31,122 bases of DNA from a virus (taxonomy: Duplodnaviria; Caudoviricetes). The stretch's first letter is position 1, and each line of letters opens with the position of its first letter. The position numbers were made by a program, and so were the translations under genes. The stretch is taken from the IMG/VR virus record IMGVR_UViG_3300007231_000027, positions 1 through 31,122 of that record. One strand, written 5' to 3'. This document shows positions 26,851 to 31,122 of the stretch, piece after piece. Below the pieces are notes generated by a model. It was not told the DNA's origin. It did no database searches and worked only from the letters and a program-made list of their open reading frames with translations.

Positions 26851-27372
26851 ATGCTTATGAAAACAGACGAACTCGGTATTCCGCGATTTACAAACAAAGA
26901 CTTAGTTAGCATGATCTATAGTGGACATGTTGATAAGTGTCATGTTGTGCTATGTGATCCCAGTGATGACATTGAAAAGTTTAACGCAGCAATGCGTGAG
27001 CAATACCTTCCAGAACTAAAACAATATATTCCACTAGATGTAGATCAAAAGACTTTTGACGGTGCATTACAATCAGAATGGTTTATGCCTGATGAGTATA
27101 AGCAACTAACTATACAAAACTATATTCTAAATAAATGTAAAACTGATCAAGAAATTGAAAGAGTTAGTGAAGAATTAAAAGCATTTAGAGAACGCGACAT
27201 GTTTAACTTACTTCGCTACATGGTTTATCTTGTGGACTTTATGCGTGAAAATAATATCGTTTGGGGAGTAGGCAGAGGATCAAGTGTAGCAAGTTATGTG
27301 CTATACTTAATAGGCGTACACAGAATCGATTCAATCCAGTTTGACCTGGATTGGAGAGAGTTCCTAAGATAA
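26851..27372 (+). CDS. dnaE: DNA polymerase III alpha (DnaE, family C) fragment: start of the catalytic/palm region only
   Basis: ERVSEELKAF...YMVYLVDFMRENNIVWGVGRGSSVASYVLYLIGVHRIDSIQFDLDWREFLR matches the DnaE GRGSAAGS...LGIT.IDP...LLFERFL block. The ORF stops just before the PDID motif would occur. Confidence 0.85.
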   Translation: MLMKTDELGIPRFTNKDLVSMIYSGHVDKCHVVLCDPSDDIEKFNAAMREQYLPELKQYIPLDVDQKTFDGALQSEWFMPDEYKQLTIQNYILNKCKTDQEIERVSEELKAFRERDMFNLLRYMVYLVDFMRENNIVWGVGRGSSVASYVLYLIGVHRIDSIQFDLDWREFLR

Positions 27373-27400
27373 GTAAGTATATAACCAAAAGGAGACAGAT

Positions 27401-27826
27401 ATGTCAAAAGGCAATCCAGCAAAGAAACAGCACCGCAGTATGCGAGGCAAAAGTGTAGATATGGATCTTCTACGTAAACGTAACGAATTAACTCCAGCAG
27501 TAGGCAATGCTCGCGTAAATGCACGTGGTGATGAACTAGGTCCTGGCGGACAGATCATCAAAAAGCGTGAAGATGTGGTAGCAGAACATTATGCACATAC
27601 TGGCGTTGCACAAGAATCAACTGGAAGAACAAATGCACCAGTTGCAGATATTCCAGTTGCCCCTGCGCCTGTTGCAGCAGTACCTGCTAAAAAGACTGTG
27701 ACACGTACTAAAAAAGAAGAAGCAGTAATCGATGCTCCTATCACAGCAGCAGAGCAAGAAATGCTTGACGAAGCAGATGCATGGGTTGAAGATGCAGATG
27801 GCAATTTTGTACCAAAAGGTGATTAA
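27401..27826 (+). CDS. Hypothetical phage protein with Pro/Ala-rich linker and acidic tail
   Basis: AAGGAG ribosome site, with a possible late-promoter variant GATAAGTA at 27368-27375. N-terminal block RSMRGKSVDMDLL...AVGNARVNARGDELGPGG. Confidence 0.75.
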   Translation: MSKGNPAKKQHRSMRGKSVDMDLLRKRNELTPAVGNARVNARGDELGPGGQIIKKREDVVAEHYAHTGVAQESTGRTNAPVADIPVAPAPVAAVPAKKTVTRTKKEEAVIDAPITAAEQEMLDEADAWVEDADGNFVPKGD

Positions 27827-28227
27827 TGTCTAGTAATATAAATGCGATTAAAGGAACGCCTCGAGCGTTCGGCAACAATGTATTAGTAACAGATATGCAC
27901 TTTGGAGAACAAGTAACCGAAAGTGGAATCATTATTGCAGACGATAATGGTACCACTAGAGGCATCTATCCAAGGTGGGCTCGTGTGTACGACAAAGGTC
28001 CTGATAACAAGGATGAATTTACTGTTGGTGATTGGATTTTAATTCCGCATGGTAGATGGACTAGGAGTGTTAAAGTTGAGACACCCAACGGCGAAGTGGA
28101 AATACGCAAAGTCGAACTAGAAAGTATACTAGCAACAAGTAAAGAAAAGCCAAATGGTCTACAAATAGGCGCAGAATATGCAGATGGCGAACACGCAACA
28201 ATTGACCCATCATCATTTATTAATTAA
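27826..28227 (+). CDS. groES: Co-chaperonin GroES/Cpn10-like protein (functional analogue of T4 gp31)
   Basis: PRAFGNNVLV, mobile loop EQVTESGIII, RVYDKGP, VGDWIL and VELESILA follow the Cpn10 pattern. Confidence 0.8.
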   Translation: MSSNINAIKGTPRAFGNNVLVTDMHFGEQVTESGIIIADDNGTTRGIYPRWARVYDKGPDNKDEFTVGDWILIPHGRWTRSVKVETPNGEVEIRKVELESILATSKEKPNGLQIGAEYADGEHATIDPSSFIN

Positions 28228-28235
28228 GGTAAAAC

Positions 28236-28619
28236 ATGACAAACGTATTTGAAGACGTAAACAAATTTGGCACAGCATGTGACCAACCAGCAAGTGAAGC
28301 AAACTACAAAATGTATCTTGGTCTTATCGACGAAGAAGTAGGCGAGCTTGTAGACGCTGTGGCTGCAAACGACAAGGTAGAACAACTAGACGCACTAGTT
28401 GATATTCTAGTAGTTACTGTAGGTGCTATTCGTGCCGCAGGATGGGATGGCGAAGCGGCTTGGAAAGAAGTGATGAACACTAACTTTGCAAAGATTGATG
28501 CAGAAACAGGTAAAGTACGCAAGCGTGAAGACGGCAAAGTGCTAAAGCCCGAAGGTTGGAAGGCACCAGAACTAGCACAGTTTATCGACAACCTCGATTT
28601 GAACAATTTAAAAAACTAA
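28236..28619 (+). CDS. MazG-like nucleotide pyrophosphohydrolase (PRA-PH / DR2231-type)
   Basis: Metal-binding motif EEVGEL...LDALVDILVV and the C-terminal EVMNTNFAK...REDGKVLKPEGWKAP. Confidence 0.85.
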   Translation: MTNVFEDVNKFGTACDQPASEANYKMYLGLIDEEVGELVDAVAANDKVEQLDALVDILVVTVGAIRAAGWDGEAAWKEVMNTNFAKIDAETGKVRKREDGKVLKPEGWKAPELAQFIDNLDLNNLKN

Positions 28620-28627
28620 AAAACTAC

Positions 28628-28656
28628 TTGACTCCTTAGCGTTTATATGTTATTAT
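28628..28656 (+). promoter_or_regulatory. Sigma70-type promoter TTGACT-17bp-TATTAT with extended -10 TG
   Basis: TTGACT at 28628-28633, TG at 28648-28649, TATTAT at 28651-28656, with an A-rich UP-like tract upstream. Confidence 0.75.
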
Positions 28657-28680
28657 ATGTATAAACACTAAGGAGTTTTT
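28631..28680 (+). terminator. Long inverted repeat followed by a T-tract: terminator and/or ribosome-site-sequestering hairpin
   Basis: ACTCCTTAGCGTTTATA (28631-28647) pairs with TATAAACACTAAGGAGT (28660-28676) at 16 of 17 positions, then TTTT follows. Confidence 0.6.
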
Positions 28681-28681
28681 C

Positions 28682-28846
28682 ATGAAAATAACACCGCAGA
28701 CAGCAGGGTTAGGCACTACCGGATTAACTGGCATTGTTCTTATGACCCTTCACATTACTGGATATCTTACAGGTTGGGCATGGCCATTGCTATATGTTAT
28801 GCTTATCATCTCAGGTATTGGACAAGAAAATAGGAAGGACAAATAA
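28682..28846 (+). CDS. Small two-helix membrane protein, 54 aa (not in the ORF track)
   Basis: Translates as MKITPQTAGLGTTGLTGIVLMTLHITGYLTGWAWPLLYVMLIISGIGQENRKDK. TAAGGAG ribosome site; first gene after the sigma70 promoter. Confidence 0.75.
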   Translation: MKITPQTAGLGTTGLTGIVLMTLHITGYLTGWAWPLLYVMLIISGIGQENRKDK

Positions 28847-28847
28847 C

Positions 28848-29387
28848 ATGGCAACACATGGTATGATTGACTTAGAAACACTAGACACACTTCCTAGCTG
28901 TACAGTACTAAGTTTAGGTGCAGTTAAATTTGATCCTTTAAATGACAGCGAACCGCATAGTGAACTGTATCTTAAAATTGACATCGACGAACAAGATCGT
29001 CTAGGTCGTACAGCAAGTGACAGCACTATTGAATGGTGGGGCAAACAAGACCCTAAAGCAATGGAAGAAGCATTTGATCAAACTGGCGCAGTAAGTGTTG
29101 CAGAAGCACTACGCCAAGTCAGCAAATGGAGCGTAGGTGTTGACACTATTTGGGGACAAGGCTACGGCTTTGACTTAACTATTATGGAAGATATGTATCG
29201 CATGCTCGGCGTACCTATTCCGTGGCAGTTTTGGCAAATCAAAGATGCACGTACACTGTTTGGTTGTTGCAAAATTGATCCACGAAAAGTACTAAAACAA
29301 ACTGATTTGCACAACGCACTAGCAGACGCTTACTTCCAAGCAAAAGGCGTACAACTAGCATACAAGGAGTTGGGTGTTGAAAGATAG
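28848..29387 (+). CDS. DEDDh 3'-5' exonuclease (Rv2179c/RNase AS- or T4 DexA-like)
   Basis: Start moved to MATHG (AGGAAGGA ribosome site). Motifs MIDLETL, TIEWW, WGQGYGFD, DARTL and HNALADA. Confidence 0.87.
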   Translation: MATHGMIDLETLDTLPSCTVLSLGAVKFDPLNDSEPHSELYLKIDIDEQDRLGRTASDSTIEWWGKQDPKAMEEAFDQTGAVSVAEALRQVSKWSVGVDTIWGQGYGFDLTIMEDMYRMLGVPIPWQFWQIKDARTLFGCCKIDPRKVLKQTDLHNALADAYFQAKGVQLAYKELGVER

Positions 29388-29655
29388 TCCCATTAATACA
29401 CTACAACAGTTAATGTGCATTACTATGGAAGAGTGCGGCGAACTAACACAACGCTGTTCAAAGATGATGCGCAAGTTTAGTACAATCGACGAAGCAACAG
29501 AAGAACAACGTTTAAAACTGCTAGAAGAAGCAGGCGATGTGTTGTGTATGATCGAACTAATGGTAGAACACGGCCTCTTGACAAACGACGAATTAGGTGT
29601 TAGAGTAAACTATAAACGTAATAAATTAAAGAAATGGAGTGATTTAATTGACTAA
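29374..29655 (+). CDS. MazG-like nucleotide pyrophosphohydrolase, short form
   Basis: Motif MEECGELTQ...LLEEAGDV. GTG or TTG start after AAGGAG. Confidence 0.75.
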   Translation: MLKDSPINTLQQLMCITMEECGELTQRCSKMMRKFSTIDEATEEQRLKLLEEAGDVLCMIELMVEHGLLTNDELGVRVNYKRNKLKKWSDLID

Positions 29656-30274
29656 TCAAATTTTAGTATTTGACGACATTGTGCCAGAATGGTTATATAG
29701 TTCTATTAAAAAAAATATTTTATCAATACCAGTAACGTGTGAACATCACGGCATTGGTCCAGACGTAGGGCACTCCTTTTTTAGTAAAATATGGCCTCTA
29801 TTCGGTTTACACGAAATGCCGTGGGAGTATAAAGCAACCTTTTCTGCACTTGACGCTGCTAGAGGCAGAATAAGCACAAATGACGAAGTGTTACCATTAC
29901 ACTTAGTGCAATGTCAACTTAACCTTACTACAAAGACGTTAAAAGGCGGATTTCACCAGGACATAGGGCCGCCCGGCTATACTATGGTTCATTTTATTAA
30001 TGGAGATACAGGAATGGACTTCTGGAGTGATAATCCCGATAATGGCGGCAACAAAATTCACGAGGTAGAATGGAAAGATAACCGCTGTGTTATATTTCCA
30101 AGCAACTTATGGCATAGAGGTGTGCCAACAATTAATGTTGAGCCGCGCCTAACATTAGGATATATATTTGGTGGACCGCCGCAAAGCCAACACGATCACG
30201 ACAATAATATATTAAGTCCTATATTTAAAAAAGAGTGGCATCAAAAACTAACAAATAATAACAGAGGTAAGTAA
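29648..30274 (+). CDS. 2OG-Fe(II) oxygenase superfamily protein
   Basis: HxD motif (FHQD), distal His (NRCVIFPSNLWHRG), 2OG-binding Arg (PRLTL) and N-terminal VFDDIVP. Confidence 0.8.
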   Translation: MTNQILVFDDIVPEWLYSSIKKNILSIPVTCEHHGIGPDVGHSFFSKIWPLFGLHEMPWEYKATFSALDAARGRISTNDEVLPLHLVQCQLNLTTKTLKGGFHQDIGPPGYTMVHFINGDTGMDFWSDNPDNGGNKIHEVEWKDNRCVIFPSNLWHRGVPTINVEPRLTLGYIFGGPPQSQHDHDNNILSPIFKKEWHQKLTNNNRGK

Positions 30275-31122
30275 ATGAAGCAATTATGGGTAGAACAATA
30301 TCGTCCTAAAAGTATTGACGGATACGTGTTCCGTGACGAAAGTCAGCGAGAACAAATTAAAGGCTGGATTGATAGTGGAAGTATTCCGCACATTCTACTA
30401 AGTGGTAGTGCCGGACTAGGTAAAACTACTATTGCTAAGATTCTTATTAATCAACTAGATGTACAAGACACCGATGTTATGGTTGCTAACGGATCTAAAG
30501 AAGCACGTAAGATTGAATGGGTTGACAAACTTATTACATTCTGTCAAACTATGCCGTTTGGTGACTTTAAGGTTGTGCTTATTGACGAAGCTGATTATAT
30601 GAACATTAATAGTGTGCAGCCTGCACTACGTAACTTAATGGAAGACTACAGTCACAGTGTGCGCTTTATTCTAACGTGTAACTATCCCAACAAGATTATG
30701 CCAGCTATACACAGTCGCTGTCAGCACATGCACATTGCGAAGATTGATCAGGTAGAGTTTACAGCACGTATGGCGGAGATCCTCATTACAGAGGGTGTAC
30801 AGTTTGATCTAGACACCTTAGATACGTATGTTAAGGCATACTATCCAGACTTGCGTAAGTGTATTAACACAGTGCAACTAGAAGCACAAACAGGCACTCT
30901 AGTTAGCAAGAACGCAGATGCTAGTACAGATGACTACAAGCTAAAGATGGTTGACTTATTTAAAGCGGGTAAGATTACAGAAGCACGTAAACTTATTTGT
31001 AGTCAAGTATTGCCAGAAGAGATGGACGAAATCTATCGCTGGCTATATGACAACGTTGATGTGTTCGGAAATGAAGAGCAACAAGACAGTGCTGTGCTAA
31101 TTATTAAACAAGGGCTGGTAGA
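30275..31122 (+). CDS. Sliding clamp loader AAA+ subunit (T4 gp44 / RFC small subunit family), 3' truncated by the window edge
   Basis: Translated by hand from ATG 30275: LWVEQYRP, Walker A GSAGLGKTT, Walker B VVLIDEADY, QPALRNLME, RFILTCNY, SRC motif and YPDLRKCIN. Confidence 0.92.
   Translation, partial: MKQLWVEQYRPKSIDGYVFRDESQREQIKGWIDSGSIPHILLSGSAGLGKTTIAKILINQLDVQDTDVMVANGSKEARKIEWVDKLITFCQTMPFGDFKVVLIDEADYMNINSVQPALRNLMEDYSHSVRFILTCNYPNKIMPAIHSRCQHMHIAKIDQVEFTARMAEILITEGVQFDLDTLDTYVKAYYPDLRKCINTVQLEAQTGTLVSKNADASTDDYKLKMVDLFKAGKITEARKLICSQVLPEEMDEIYRWLYDNVDVFGNEEQQDSAVLIIKQGLV

Noticed and set aside
26851-27372. dnaE pseudogene or intron-split gene
   Set aside because: The frame is clean, it has a dedicated strong promoter, and it is followed within 28 nt by an intact gene with its own ribosome site. 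There is no room for an intron and I saw no downstream PDID exon in the window.
28794-28847. Upstream start of the exonuclease as given in the ORF track
   Set aside because: It overlaps the 54-aa membrane ORF. ATG 28848 has a ribosome site and places the DLET motif at the usual N-terminal position.
1-31122. Stop-codon reassignment, tRNA genes, diversity-generating retroelement
   Set aside because: Genes tile densely under the standard code with TAG, TGA and TAA all used as stops. Intergenic gaps are too short or lack tRNA arms. No reverse transcriptase or template/variable repeat pair was seen by eye.

Overview
This window is a 31-kb piece of a large, AT-rich, T4-like (myovirus) bacteriophage genome, probably aquatic or marine. 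The evidence is T4-type late promoters (TAAATA core, mostly CGATAAATA), T4 gp9/gp10-like N-terminal motifs on fibre/baseplate proteins, a gp44/RFC-type clamp loader and a GroES-like co-chaperonin. Nearly all genes are on the + strand. From left to right: a UV-damage endonuclease and small hypothetical genes; an accessory cassette of two secreted c-type-heme plus copper type II (PHM/DBH-like) monooxygenases joined by a 44-aa micro-ORF; a reverse-strand CxxC protein; an IscA/HesB Fe-S carrier; a ~21-kb virion structural block; and a replication/nucleotide block. The structural block holds a 2912-aa fibre-like protein with four phycobiliprotein-like C-x-R-D helical repeats, a 1035-aa fibre, a 1357-aa subtilisin/Calx-beta-like/cupredoxin protein and a 1169-aa Ig-like baseplate protein. 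The replication block holds a stand-alone DnaE fragment with its own leaderless sigma70 promoter, GroES, two MazG-like enzymes, a DEDDh exonuclease, a 2OG-Fe(II) oxygenase and the clamp loader. The strongest novelty candidates are the phage-borne heme/copper monooxygenase pair, the bilin-binding-like repeats in a virion protein, the multi-metal virion protease and the split C-family polymerase. All calls come from reading motifs by eye; no database searches were run.
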